Part shown: in pieces, positions 13,336 through 32,953 of the stretch
How the letters are laid out: each line of letters begins with the position of its first letter
Numbering within the stretch: position 1 is the stretch's first letter
The notes under the pieces: model-generated
The model's database searches: none
What the model was told of the DNA's origin: nothing
Seen by the model: only the letters and a program-made list of their open reading frames with translations
From: Takakia lepidozioides
Lineage: Eukaryota > Plantae > Bryophyta
DNA length: 64,000 bases
NCBI GenBank assembly: GCA_030704615.1
Contig: CM060732.1
Coordinates: 69,440,001-69,504,000 of the forward strand
Reading direction: 5' to 3'
Translations under genes and position numbers: made by a program

Positions 13336-16300
13336 TCATTTCTTACCGAACATTCCAAAGACAGATCTCAAAGCTGCCATTGCATTCTCATTGATAAAGG
13401 GCTCATCATATTTGTTGATGAGTGGAATGAAGCTTGGAGAATTCCTCAAATTTGCCAGATCTGGATCTGTCCGGATTGTCTGCAATATTGCACCTCTCAA
13501 AATAAATGATCACCACAAAGGAAGAACAAAAAAACACAGGAAAGACAACATTCCCCCACAGCTGAAGAGGGCAGTGACATCTTCAACAGGAGAGGATGCT
13601 CTTTCTTTCACATAAAGGGACAAGGTCACAGATCACATCTATGCTTTGGAAGACTAAAGGGGCCAGACCTGTGATGTCTAATTCGAAAGCTCCATCCTTC
13701 CCCTACACATAATACCCCTTGATATGAGACAGAAAACAATTCCATTCCCCCTATCCCTTTCATTGTGAAATGAGCAAACAGACAGACCCACGGAACAAAA
13801 TGCACACCATATAAGCAAGAAGAAAACAGGGGATGGAAAGGGATGGTGGACAGTACACTTACCTTGTAGTCATCAAACCCAGCTTCCATGGCTTCTTGAA
13901 GAGCAGAAATTCCAGCTTCAATCTGCACACATTTTATGCCATCGTCAATTTTTGTCCATTTCCCAGCACTGAACCCCAGGACATTGGACAAACCCATCTC
14001 CAGGAATCCATATATATTGCAAAGTCATAAAGGAGCACTAAATGCACAAAAGATTACACAAGATGCAATGGGCATCAAGATTGAGGTTGTTTACCCCATG
14101 GGATGGAAACCCTTTTAGTTGGGTGAAACATTTAGTGTAGCCGCTCTCTCAGGTACTGATCAAGGATACCCTACTGGTAAGATCTATTTCAAAACATGAA
14201 GGCGCAGTTGAATATGTTGAGAGATGGGATGGTGTTCTTGTACCATAGACCACACTTGGTTTAGGCAGACAAGAAAAGGGGAGAATGTGGACAATAAAGT
14301 TGCAGAATTTTGCAGGAAAGCACTTTGTAATAGTCAGAATGGAGCAAACAGATCAGCCCCAAGGAAGGCTACAACTTTTGGCACCCTCTCAAACTGAGGA
14401 AGTCGGTACGGTGAGAGTCTTTCGGATACTTTCAAAGAGGGGCCTCTTGTTCAGACAAGCACATATTAAAAAAGCATATTAAAATTCATTAAAAATGCAA
14501 ACATCCTCACCATCACGTCCTTACATTAATCCTATGGTCTCTGCGATCCCCAGTTGGCCCCATGTAGTCCACAGAGATAGGCAACCAACTCTTAATTTGA
14601 ATTTCATCTCGGTGACCTTAGAAGTAGATTTTTGCACAAGAGTGTACATTCACCAATTAAGGTGAGATAGATTATGACAAAACCTGACAAAGATTGGACA
14701 GTACTGCCTGTGAGTTAAGTTTATCATGCAGCAATGCCCAGCATGTTTAAGAGACAAACCTGGTTGAGTTGGGAGTAGCAACAAGCCACATTATAGCTGG
14801 CGACCGCTTCTTCCCTAGCCTCAGGCTTCAATCCTAGCACCGTCTCAAACCTCTCCAATGCTGCATCATACTTTGCTGCCCTGGTACCATGATTCATCAC
14901 AGTTATGTGCTGCTCACTACATGAAAGAATCTAGATGGAGCAACAGGAAGTAGCCACAGAACGATAGGAATATGTGCATGGCTTGTCACCTGAGTTCACC
15001 CTGAACTCTAGCCCTATTAGAGATTGTAATGCCAGTCAACTGCTTCAAATAAGATGGTGAGGTGGACAGAGATGGAGAAAGAGAAGAGTGAGTTGCAGAC
15101 AGAGGCCTGTATAAGCACACAGGAACAGAGACGAATAGAGCTATTCAGCATTACTTGTAGAGCTTAAGGCCTGCGGTAAGCTCTTCTTCTCTTTGCTTCT
15201 TCAACTCCATTTTGCGTAGGTAGTTCTGGATCTGCACCCCAATTGTTGCTCACTAACGGTAGTCTTTATCATTTACAGAAAATCTTTTTCATTATTAATA
15301 GACTTTAGTCATTCTCAGAAAGAGCAAGAAAGAAACTTCATGATGTCATGTCTGTGAAAGGTCCAAAGAGTCAGACAGCCTTCAAGGACTCTCTGATAAG
15401 ACTAGAATGCATCCGATTGTGATAAATTGGACAAGATTTGCAACTCACTTGTATCTCCCGAATCCCTTCCCCAATCTGCCCTGCATTACGTTCAGCTGAT
15501 AGTTGTTCTGCTGATGCTCCCCTATCTTCTCGAACGCCTGCAGCAACCCAGTCGAACCCCAATTTTCCATTACCAGCTATCCTTTTATGTACCAGAAGGG
15601 AAGTTTACATACTTGTGTATATGTGTGTCCATCAGCCTTGCCACACATCTCTCCCTCTCTCTCCCTCTTTTTCTCTCTTTCTTGCCAACTGCAAACTAGG
15701 ATGACATTCTCACTAACATGGTCTCTCCAGAAACTGTGAACATTTCACTAAACTGTCGAAGCAGAAACAATATCCTTGTGTCCACCCAATTGATGGAAAT
15801 CGTGGGAACAACACACATGGTAACCACTAGGTAACACACCATTCCGCTTCTCCATTTTCATGGCAAGAGTGCCTATACGCTGGCGGATGGTGTACATTGT
15901 GCGTCCATACTCGGCTGCTGGCCACATCTCGTTTCCAAACACGGCACTGCAACAAGTTCAAGCAATTTCTCTTGAAGAAAGAGCAACAAACTCACCTACA
16001 ATGATATGAGATTGTGGCCATACACACTCAAAACAGTTCCGTCACTAGATGTGCATAATCCCTTGAACATATATTGAATGACCTCATGACATCCTTGTTC
16101 AGTGAGATCTAATCTGGTAAAAGCATTATCTATCTGTCTTTATTCTTGCACATATGCAGGACAAAAGGAAGGGGACAATACTAGGCTGCTCAATACTTCT
16201 GAGGACACCTCCATTTTAACAGTTCCTGAACACCAGTCAGTCAGATTGTATGAGTAGATGAATCCCTCCCAAATGAGGCTCCGTACAGCCGTTGTGGTAT

Positions 16301-17573
16301 GCATGATGAATCTGGGGGGAGTAGCAATGAAAACTATACTGTCCCCATACAAGGGACAAAAAACTACAGGTATGTTATTATCGTAACAGTAAGACTGATA
16401 AATAGTCATAGAGGTGACAATCTGAATGGAACAAAGTACAGATACCTATTTTTGATTTGGATATAACCGATACATAATTTTCCCCTCTCACTAGTCCATA
16501 CTGCACCAGAGCCTCTGAAAGTGCTTGGTTGCAGAAATTTCTCAATCTCTCAGAAGTGACCTTCGCACTCAACTACCTGGCCATTTCTGGCCTACTACCG
16601 ACTCAAGGGATGTCAATGCTTAAACTGCATTTGCCTAGGAAAGTGAGATTAGGAGAAAGAAGCAGACTAACACAGCATCACCGTAATTCTTATAAGATAT
16701 CAAGGCCAAACAAGTCAAGTACAAATGCAACACAAAATAAGTGTGAAACTGGCATATGAGACAATGGCCAATTGGTGGATTGAAGACATTCGGACATATG
16801 GACGCGATGAAGCATTTTTGCCATAGATAGCAGAACTGGCAAATATGTACAGATGATATCCCGCGTTACGAAATTTCCTGCAACGGAAGGGAGCCAGGAT
16901 ATTTTGGTATGGTGCAAGAAGGATACCAGTTCGTAGGGATTTAGAGGATATGGACGTTGTTGACCAGCACTTCCACACCAGGCCGGTTGTAAATGCTGCT
17001 TCACCTTAATGACAATGCGAGTGAAAAAAATCTATAATCGTTTTATAGAAGTCGATGGTACTCTCATCGCAGTCAAAATAGTCTGGTATACAACGTATTC
17101 CTACGTATCTTTCAAATTGGAGTCCCCACAATATGACTTTTGTCGTCCTCACCCTGTTTTCTTCTCCTCCATACTGTGCTGGTTACATTCTAAGCCCTCT
17201 TATAGTCACACGGCCACGCCGCCATACTATGGCATCCTATGTAGGTTCCTCCTCCTCTCTCCCTTGTAAAACTTACGCGGCGAAGGGGCTTTTTCCCAGC
17301 TGCCACCTCGTACACCTCCTTCGCCACAGGTGGTGAACTCTCACTAGCCGTGGCCCGGGGCACTGCAATTGCGGTGCGAGATTGTTGCGGAAAATCGTTT
17401 GAGCCCAGAGAGTGCACACTCGCTCCCATCCATGTCGTTCGAAGCTCCCCTGTTTGCTTTTGTCTAAATTGAACTGCAGCTACGCGGGACGGCGATGGCA
17501 ATGGGGAGTCCGAGGCGCGAGCTGCAGCAAAATGCGTGCCTTGGCTCACCCGCACGCCCATTGCCGCTGCCAT
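13336..17573 (-). CDS. MET1: MET1/TEF30-like chloroplast PDZ+TPR protein (PSII assembly/repair); 7 exons, exon 1 frame-disrupted as assembled
   Basis: Exons encode a transit peptide + EVYEV..KP..GGTYI; SAVFGNEMWPAAEYGRTMYTIRQRIG; AERNAGQIGEGIREIQ; IQNYLRKMELKKQREEEL; VASYNVACCYSQLNQ; AGFDDYK; IRTDPDLANLR..KYDEPFINENAM. GT-AG boundaries for exons 2-7. Symbol refers to the thylakoid protein, not the DNA methyltransferase. Confidence 0.85.
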
Positions 17574-18269
17574 GGCTATCGCCTGCAACAGAGACACCGA
17601 TTTCTCGCAAAGATCTGTCTGGATATCTCTATGCACTACTTACAGTACTTCTGCTCACACATTCATATTCATCTTCATTTTCATTTTGACATTCTTCCAC
17701 CATCTACAACTACTCGACAACGTGGCTCTTTTCCATTCATCAATGCAATTGCTCTCTCAGATGCACCAACAGAAAGCACTGAATGCGCCACAGAAGCAGA
17801 TGAAGCAGGAAGAAGACAATTGCAACGTGGCATTATTCATTCAATAGATTGCACGGTCCTGAAATAGGAACAGCATCCAGAGCCATATCAGCGCAGTGAA
17901 GAGACTCGGAGAAGAGGTAAAAGAGAAAGTACAAGAAAACGAGTGGCCAGAATACAGGGTCCACTCTCGACACACTGGATTGGCTTTGGTGTGATCTGCT
18001 TTAGCAAGCTCGAGTCTCTCCACTTGCCATACCTCCATTGGCTTTCGTGCTGGCCAAGCTGGCCGAGCTGGACGAGCACGGACACCATCGTATAAAGTAT
18101 AAACATGCTCTCGGTCTGAACGAAACGTTGACGAAAACCTTAGTGTTTCGCTGTTTCTTTCCGTTCAATCTGCATTGAGCACTTTCGTGCTCGCACCCCA
18201 GACAGACAAGAGGAGAGAGCTCTTCCTTCGAAAAGCCCTGCATAGGGCGGGAGAAAGAGAGAGGGAGAG

Positions 18270-24444
<6,175 letters not shown>

Positions 24445-24779
24445 GCTGTCCACGAGTTACCGGGGTTGATTCCGGCAGATGACCAAGTTTAAATAACGCG
24501 TGCTTTTCGCTTCAACAACTTGGCTTATGTATCATGGATTGTGACTAGCCTGGCTGACCATATGTGCAAAGCAACAATGGATCTACATGAAGGGTGTTTT
24601 TGCACCAATTTTTTAAAATTTATTGTGCTACACGATTCACATGACACTGAGGAACATCAGGTTCATGAGACAATTAGGTGGATGTGATTTGCAGATGTGA
24701 ATTAGCTGCTGAACCTTGTTGTACTGGGTTCAATGCTTAAGAGGTCCAGTAATAGTTCCGGCGATAGAAATTGATGTTA

Positions 24780-25113
24780 GAGCATCTCCACCGGGGGTCC
24801 CTAAATACCCCGGCAACAGCAAAGGAGCCCCCGGCCCTGGTATTCGCACCCCCGGGGCCTGTACTTTCGTGCAGGATACAGGTCCTCTAGGCCCGGCCGG
24901 TACCTGCTGGAGCGACTATAAAACACGACTGCCTGCATTTATGGTGTGAGGGTAAGCCGGCGTCTGTCCAGGTGGTCCCTCCGGAGCAAGGCACGTCAGC
25001 CAAAAAGATGTGCAGGGTAGTTTGATGGGGTTGCCGCGGGGGGAGGGGAGTGTTGGAGGCCGCAGGAGGTTACCGTTGCAGTGTTGTTTGGTGTACCCCC
25101 GGTGGAGATGCTC
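24780..25113. mobile_element. Tourist-like (PIF/Harbinger) MITE, 334 bp
   Basis: Perfect 19-bp TIRs GAGCATCTCCACCGGGGGT / ACCCCCGGTGGAGATGCTC flanked by a TTA target-site duplication (24777-24779, 25114-25116). Confidence 0.92.
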
Positions 25114-26214
25114 TTACATGCTCTTGGGATGGATTTTGAAGGGTTCAACCATCAGCCAGTTTTATGCTTATGGAGGGAACTCATTCCAGCCAGTACCCAC
25201 AGCCACCAGGCTAGGTTGTCCATGATTGGTAGAGCAAGCCCTTCCTCTCTTCATCTCTTCATCCTCTTCCAAGTTGGCTCCTTGTCTCTGGCAGGGCCCT
25301 CTGATACTCGGAAAACACAACTGACGCTGGTATGAATCCAGACCTCTTCACTTGTGCATTACACGGTCGATGGATGATGCACAACTGTCTTGCCTGTAGG
25401 CTTAATTTTTCGGATACACATGTTGTTGGATTAAAAGACATACGCAAATTGAGCTCGATGAACAAAAAGCTTAAAGCCAATCCACCGCACTCCATCGAAA
25501 GGGGCAAAGACCGAAGTCGGAGAGAGAGAGAAGACTCCAGCTGTAGCCATCGTAACTAAGAGCCACTTCATCTTACGGCAATTGCCCCCTTTTTGTAAGT
25601 GCCCGGTTAGCCCAATAGTGAAGAGGAAGATTGATGGGTGCCTCATTGCATTTTGAATATTAATAGATCATAACTTAGGTGATGCGAGGTAGGACCTTGT
25701 GCAGCATGATAGTATAGAAGGCCATTGGCGAGGTAGGAACTTGCGCGGTTGGACAGTACAGAAGCCATTGGCAAACGGTGGGATTCGACTCTCGCATGTA
25801 GGTGCATGGAGTCTAGTCAGGATTTTTCCTACAACTCTGCAGACAATCCTCTCCATGAGTTTGGGTCGCTTTTTAGGCGACAATGCATTGATGCAATTAG
25901 CACCTTTCTTTTGGCATTGAATTTGTGAGTGCTCGAGAATGAAGATAGATCCCAGTGAGCATTTGCGAGAGCAATCAGCAACAAAGTAGCAAGACCATAT
26001 TGTTTTTCCTTCGGACACCTAATGAATCAGCCTTCAGACATAAGAGAAGTTTTCAAAAAAAAAAATCAATTTCTATCCATAACATACAAAACTGGTCTAC
26101 AATTAAAGCTTCAAAATATGTCACATATAATTACTTTTTGGTCAAGGTGACAAGTTGGATAGTTTATGAATTCAAAATCTATATGTACAATATGTTACAC
26201 CATCTGCCTTACTT

Positions 26215-27834
26215 CACACTTCTGTCAAATATGTGGTCTGCCTGGGACCTCAAAGGCATCAGTCAGCTCAGGCATCTCTGGAGTGACACGGGTTTCCTGC
26301 TTGATCACATCATCCTGCAACGAGGCGGAGCCTCTAGGGCCAAATCTGGGCTGAACACCATCATTCAATTTATCCCACAAAATTCGGTGGACATCCTTCA
26401 GGCAGGGCCCTCTCACCCATCCACCAACTTCTGGACACTCGGTATTATTAAGCAGGAGCTTGCTATCCTTTTCGTTTTGCATGTCTCGGACAGCCACTTC
26501 TCTGGTTTTCTCTTTAGCATAAATCCGGTCACTCTTACTCTTCTCTTGGTTTCCCTCTCCCCCACCCTCTTCCCGCGTTTCACTCACACTCCAATCAGGA
26601 TATGCAATTGGACCTCCAAACTCAAAGACCTTGACCTCAACCTCCCCTCACCTCACCTATTCTTTCCGGGCTCGGTTGCAACACCTTTGTCTGGATTTCA
26701 GGTAGACCCTTATCTGAACTTAACCTGGACCCCAAGGAATGGGACTAGACTTTTGAGCGCTCACCGACCCCTTTGCTAGCCTACACCACCAAAAAGGCTT
26801 ACAGGGCTCTTAGTAATCCTCTCCCCTTGGGGAAGAAATGGAATGACAAATGGAGCCACTTCGGTTTTGCTGATGAAAACTGGGGCCCCATCTGGCCTCA
26901 ATCTGGCACAAAACCAGACCTGTTAAAATCTCCGCATTCCTCTAGCAGATAGCAAAGGTGGGGGAGTGGCTACAATTCCAAGATGCTCTCCTTTGTCAAT
27001 GTTGCTCTTCAGGCATTATTGAATCTCTGGAACATTGTCTTCTGGCCTGTCATGCCCCTGCCAAAATTTGACCCTTGGTCAAGGTTTTCTACCGCCACTG
27101 GAGTCTTTCTCCACCATCCCCTTTACACCTGCTTCTTAACTACAACCAGACTTCCAAGAGTAGAGCCTTCTCCTGCCCAGTTTTTGAAACCCTCAGGGGT
27201 TCTACTCTGTGGCATCTGTGGCGAGCTCGCTGTGTTAAAGTTTTTGATGGCACAACATGCACTACTTCGGCTCTCCTTTTTCTTATCTACAATGACCTAC
27301 TAACAAAATAAAAAAAAACGTGGGCCAAATGTGTTGCAGACTGCCGGAGGGCTCCCAGACAAGCAGCTGAAATCCATGCCGCCTTCAGGGCTTCGTGGGG
27401 CATGCCATGGCATCATTTGTCCGAGCAAGATCACTGCACCTGGAACCCTCTCCCCCCTCAACGCTGGAGAAACCTCCGAGCTCCACTCCACCGCCTCGCT
27501 CGAGTTTGAAAGAGACATCAATTGGAAACACATCAAGCACCCAGCAACGACATCCCGACTCACATTTCGCTAGTGGCTAGGTCGCATAATTAGCCTAGCA
27601 TTTTTGCAAGTTCTCCTGGATCGTCCTTGCTAGGCTTCGATTTTCCTATGTACGCCTCTTCTGAGGTTCGATTGTTGCTGTTCTTTCTCTCTGCTACCTT
27701 GAGGTATTGGAACTGGTCCCCCCACACTGACTACGGTGTGTATGCCTCTATGGCCTTATTAGGGGTCTTATTTTTTCCCCACAAATTGCAATAAAATCTC
27801 CAGGGCCACTCCCCCCTGTTGTAAAAATTAAAAA
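26215..27834 (+). mobile_element. Degenerate L1-type LINE 3' portion
   Basis: Frameshifted zf-RVT-like remnants (KKWNDKWSHF..WGPIWPQ..TRPVKISAFL; LWHLWRARCVKVFDG); ends AATAAA..cagggcc..A-rich tail, like the copy ending at 32250. Confidence 0.7.
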
Positions 27835-28224
27835 TATATATATTTATATGCTACATAAACTATTATACATCTTACATGGTCAATGTGCCACGTCGTACTG
27901 TGGACTTTCAAGTGTGTGACACATTCCACAGTTTGTGGCTTTAAATGCTATCCACACTTTGGCTCATTCCACATAGGGCCAACATATCTAGTGAGATGTG
28001 CAAAATGTGCGGTACCCATACGGTCGGCCCTGCTTTAATGTTAGGCCGCTAGAGTATGAAATTTCTAACAGATAGCCAGGTATATAACCGGAAAGCAGGG
28101 AGAATTTTCATAAATTAACAGTTACAAGAGGCACAGTAAACCAGGTCCTGCCAATGAAATATAACATTTAATCATTGAGTAGGTTGAAAATATGAAAGAA
28201 TGTCGGTTTGTCCAGAAGTAGAAT

Positions 28225-29900
28225 CACTAGTGACGCCGCGGAAACGGCGCAGCCACGCCGCGGCATCACTAAACGCCGCTTTTGAGGTAGGGGCGCAGGT
28301 GCCTTTTTGCCACACCCGGGCCCGGGCGTGGCAAGACCGTCCCCGGGGCGTCACTAATCGGACGTCGCATAAATGCGACAGACGGGGGTTGCAAGCCGCT
28401 ACCCCCCCTCCAGTGACGCCCCGCCGTCGCTTCTTGGCCATCCAGGGCTCTGGGAGGGGCCTCCTTGTAGCCACGCCCGGCCGTCGCTACCATCCCCGCG
28501 ATGGCGTTGGTTAGGGCGACGGCTCGGCGTGGCAACCAATATTTTTTTTTTCCATGTCCGGACTAAAAAAAACACCACGTGGCGGAGGGGGGTTTAGGCT
28601 CAGCCACCCAGTGGCGTCGCTGCCAGACACGCCACGGCGTCGCATGGGGAGACCTCGTCGCCTCAGTGCAGTCGCCCAGTGCGACTCCAGGGCGTGGTTA
28701 CTTGCGACGCCCGGGGGTGGCTGGGTGCCTTTTTTTACAAAAAAACAAACTGGTGGGGGAGGCCTTGTGTTGGGCTCAGGGACGCCGAGGCGTCGCAGCT
28801 AGCCACCCCCGAATGTCGCACAGAAGAAAAACCCATCGCACGGGGGGTCCGGCTTTGCCACTGCGTTGCTGCTAGCGACGCCCGGCCGTGGCTAGTTGCG
28901 ACCCCTATCGTGGCAAGCCTAAAAAACCCGTCGCAAGGGCGCTGGCCCTAGCGACGCCCTGGGGTGGCAATGTGGGTGGTGGAGGGGGGGTTTTCATTTT
29001 GGGGGGTGAATTGGGGGTGATTTAGGGTTTTTCCCTGGTTTCTTTTTTGGGTGTTGGAAGACATTAGAGCTTCCATTGCTTTGATTTAACAGGTACTCAA
29101 TTTTGTTTATTGCATTGGTTCAAGCAAGCATAAATCGAGGGTGAGGCCGTGCGACACATGAATAAGATGGAAGATGGAAATATATGTACAAATGGAAATA
29201 TATTTACAAGCAACGAGCTGAATTCTTTGCTCACAAGGGTTCAATAGACTGACCCTGAGACCTACACGGACTAGGACTACTCATCCTCATCCTCATCCTC
29301 ATCGTCAGAGGAGGAGTCATAGCTATCCGATGAGCCCGATGACTCCGCGCCCTTCGCCTGAGCACATAAACCAGGTGGCGCTCCCATAGAGCTCTCATCC
29401 AATCCCTGGCCATGACCCCCCCCCCCCCCCCTCAGCCATACTAGTGTCTTGTAGTGCACTCATCCCCTCCGTCTTGGCCATGTTGCAAGTCATGAGGGAT
29501 TGCCAACCATGCTCCTTGGCATAGTCGTACTCTACCGGAGATGGCAACCTCTCAAACGTGGTTTCCTACACATGCCACAACTTAAAGTCAGTTTCTCATG
29601 ATGATGGAGCCAGAAAGAAGACATAACAAAATACATAGGGAAGTATGACTTACAAATCGGAGGATAAAACCCCTCGATCCGCCGGGGCCCCAATTGTGTG
29701 TGGATTCGTGCTTCTTAAGGCGGATTGTTGTTGCTTCGCGTGCCCTCTGAAACTTATCCTTGTTTGCCGCATCATTCTCTCCCGCAATGAGCGCATCCCA
29801 CGATACCTATGCCCCCCCCCCTCCCCCACAATTAGTGAATTACACACATACGTTGCATCGAATCCACCTCATTAATGCACATGCAACAAATGGAAGGTGA
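28225..29900. mobile_element. CACTA-like transposon end with GC-rich subterminal repeats and a degenerate internal coding remnant, truncated by the following LINE
   Basis: Abrupt AT-to-GC transition at CACTAGTGACGCC (28225); many GCGACGCC/GGCGTCGC and GTGGC/GCCAC motifs in both orientations to ~28970; acidic ORF remnant (SSSDDEDEDEDE) on the minus strand. The other TIR was not seen. Confidence 0.6.
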
Positions 29901-29914
29901 AATGATTCAAGGAT

Positions 29915-32250
29915 TTGCCAACCTATGAAATTCCAAAAGGTGGTTTGGGTGTGACCCGTTTTTCCATTGCCCTTCGAATCCTTTGTCTGGCACGGTACCT
30001 CTTGTTCTTCAAGTTCTGCCCCACCATCTCCATCACCCTTGTCTCACTCCAATTGCCCGGAAACCGGCGATCTAACTCAAAAAGAAAAGAGCTTGCTCAA
30101 ATGCCTCCATCTCTGCTAGCAGCTCCTGGACAACAAAGATGAAGGCCCCTGCACCTTATTGAATTATAATACAGCCAAGTCAAACCTATGGAGCTTTAGG
30201 CAACAAAAAGAAAATGCTATCCGAATTAAGGCTGGAGTGAACTGGTTGCTGAAAGGGAAAAAATGACCAAATACTTCTTTGCTAAAACTAAGCAAAGGCA
30301 GATGGCCTCGACCATTGCCTCTCTCTCCTCCCTTGATGGGACCACTTCCTCAGCCCCAAAGGAGATGGCCTCCATAGCTGAAAAACAGTTTGCCTCCCTA
30401 TTTAAAAAAAAGACCAGCTCTGCTGAAACAAGACTGGCCTCGGAAGAGATTCTGCAACACATCCCCTCCCTCATGTCACAAAAGGAACAAGAAGATATAT
30501 CCTCCCCGCTTTCCAGCGAAGATCTGGCTGAGGCCCGCAACGTGGATCTCTATATGGGATGTCTGGAAGATAATGCGACCTCATCTCACCCAGCGAAGAG
30601 CCAATGCTTTGAGGAGGCTGTCAGGCAGCCCCTATTGGCAATTTCAACCTGGATTATGGCCCTTTGGCCTTCCTTCACAAACGATGGGCTACCTGGGAAG
30701 CAAAAGGACTCTCTCACATTGCTAATGTCTGGGAAAATGGTCAGTTTATCAATCCGACCTTTTGTCCTCTCTAATTTCTGCCAGATCCATTGCTTGTGCT
30801 TGGGATCATATAAAGAAAGGGGTCCAGTACGTTCAACCTTTGCTCGTAGGGGGTCCATGCACAACCACCGATCTGCCAGTTTGGTTTGGATGCTCTCAAG
30901 GTCAAAACCAGCGGCTAGCCCTCTTGGCCACTTCCACCTCTGGTAACCACTGGGAAGGGCTTCTCTTCCAAGCTGGAGATGGAGGACACTTGACCCTTCT
31001 AGGCACAAGAGAAATGCATCATGATTTAGCTTACCGGATAAGGGTCTTTGAGACGTCCTCTAGCTCCACAGAACCCAACTCGCCCTCAGGTGCAGAGATC
31101 TGCTAGGCTCAGAAGTTATCATTTGTTTGGTTCCTGTCCTTTCCTCTAAGTAGGCTGCAGCTTGACCCTGGAGAGTGGTCATGGATGAAAACGCCATTGC
31201 TTGGGTACAAAGTCAAAACAGGATACAAAATGCTTCTCGGGCAGGCCAATTTAATAGCCAAGTGGAATAAAAAATGGAATTTAAACCTGCAAACCCCTGG
31301 CTGGAACCCTGGTTGGAACTCTATCTGGAAGGATATCTGGGCCAAGCACCGTCCGGCCAAGATCAGTGTTTTTTTGTGGAAATTGGCAAACAAGATTCTC
31401 CCAGTGGCAACCTGCTTCCCAGAGCAGGATACTGCATGCCTTGCCTGTGCTACAAATTTGGAAGAATCAATAGAGCATGTTTTTTTAGAATGCAATATTG
31501 TTGTTAGAACCTGGCAGTTTGTGACAAGGTTCTATCTAAGTTGGAAAGCAGTGCCACCTATTGATACTCCTTTACTGATGCTCAATCTACGCAATGGCTC
31601 GATCTAGAACACTTGCCCAATTTGGGCATGCCTGAGGGCACACACTCTATGGGCACTGTGGAAGGCTAGATGCAGCCATGTCTTTGAAGGAAGACACCCA
31701 AGCATCAGACTCATCCTATTTAAGCTGTACTCTGAACTGTTGACTGAAGGGCAAAAGACATGGGTGTCATTGGTTGCTGCAACAGCCAAGTGCAGCGAAA
31801 GGAGGAGCCGTCAACTTCTCGTGGATTTCGACATCACCTGGGCCAAAGATGGCCTCCTCTACACCAGGCTCGATGAATCGCGAGTCCGCACAATGATATC
31901 CCCGAGGCATGGCAAATTGCCGGTTGAATCGGATGGTCTTGACGTCAATTGGAAACATCTCAATCTATGGGCTGCCAAGTCCAAGGCCCACCTGGACTTC
32001 GGGATGTGAGCTATCACTGCGATGGAGCTGCAGGGTTTTTGTGCCTTACTCTGCGACTTCCTACTCTTGCTAGACTGCCTAGATTCCCACTGTTCCCGCC
32101 CCCGCCCCTCATAGTGCAGGGTGTTTCCCCTTGTGATACACCTTTACGGCCCTATGGGAGGTTATTTTCCCCTCCTCTTTGTACTGTTTGCACCTTCAAT
32201 AAATTATCAGGGCCTCTACCCGTGTTAAAAAAAAAGAAAAAAAAAAAGAA
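29915..32250 (+). mobile_element. L1-type LINE with the RT domain internally deleted; poly(A) tail at 32227-32250
   Basis: EN-RT linker (EREKMTKYFFAKTKQRQ..ISSPLSSEDLAEA) jumps at ~30535 to post-RT sequence; zf-RVT WKDIWAKHRPAKISVFLWKLANKILPV..CLAC..EESIEHVFLEC; LWALWKARCSHVFEG; AATAAA + poly(A). Confidence 0.85.
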
Positions 32251-32392
32251 GGAATTGTGTGAGAAGTTAGGGCACAGGGCAAGGCGTAGCGGGGGTGAGG
32301 GGGCAAAGCGAGGAAGGGCGAGAGAGTGGGTCTTTTGCACATCGCCATCGCTGCGAGGGGGCGGCCGCCACAGAGCAGGGACCAGCAGCGCC

Positions 32393-32953
32393 ATGTTGAT
32401 CCCCAAGAAAAACCGCGTGGAGGTCTACAAGTATCTGTTCAAGGAGGGCGTGCTGTACGCCAAGAAGGATTACAATGCGCCCAAGCATCCAGAGATCGAC
32501 GTGCCCAATCTGCAAGTCATCAAGCTCATGCAGAGTTTTAAGAGCAAGGAGTATGTCAAGGAGAACTTTGCGTGGAGGCATTACTACTGGTACCTCACCA
32601 ACGATGGAATTGAGCATCTCAGGACGTACCTCAATCTGCCTTCGGAGATTGTTCCTGCGACGCTGAAGAAGTCTGCGCGTCCGCCTAGCAGGCCCATGGG
32701 CGGGCCTCCTGGCAGTGAGCGCCCTCCGAGAGGGCCACCAAGATTCGAGGGCGATAGGCCTCCTCGTTTTGGCGGGGACAGGGATGGATACAGGAGCGGC
32801 GCTCCCCGTGGCGCACCTGGGGCCTTCGGAGGGGAGAAAAGCGGAGCACCTGGAGAGTATCGGCCTGAGTTCCGTGGAGGAGGGAGGGGAGGTTTTGGCC
32901 GCGGAGGTGGAGGGTTTCTGGGTGGTGGAGCTCCTGGCGCTATCACCGAGTAA
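32393..32953 (+). CDS. RPS10: Cytosolic 40S ribosomal protein S10 (eS10), 186 aa, intronless CDS
   Basis: [93 protein letters not shown] followed by an R/G-rich tail. Confidence 0.97.
   Translation: MLIPKKNRVEVYKYLFKEGVLYAKKDYNAPKHPEIDVPNLQVIKLMQSFKSKEYVKENFAWRHYYWYLTNDGIEHLRTYLNLPSEIVPATLKKSARPPSRPMGGPPGSERPPRGPPRFEGDRPPRFGGDRDGYRSGAPRGAPGAFGGEKSGAPGEYRPEFRGGGRGGFGRGGGGFLGGGAPGAITE

Noticed and set aside
31949-32392. N-terminal extension of the 334-aa RPS10 ORF
   Set aside because: Read-through of the LINE 3' end and poly(A) (poly-Lys); the real start is the ATG at 32393.
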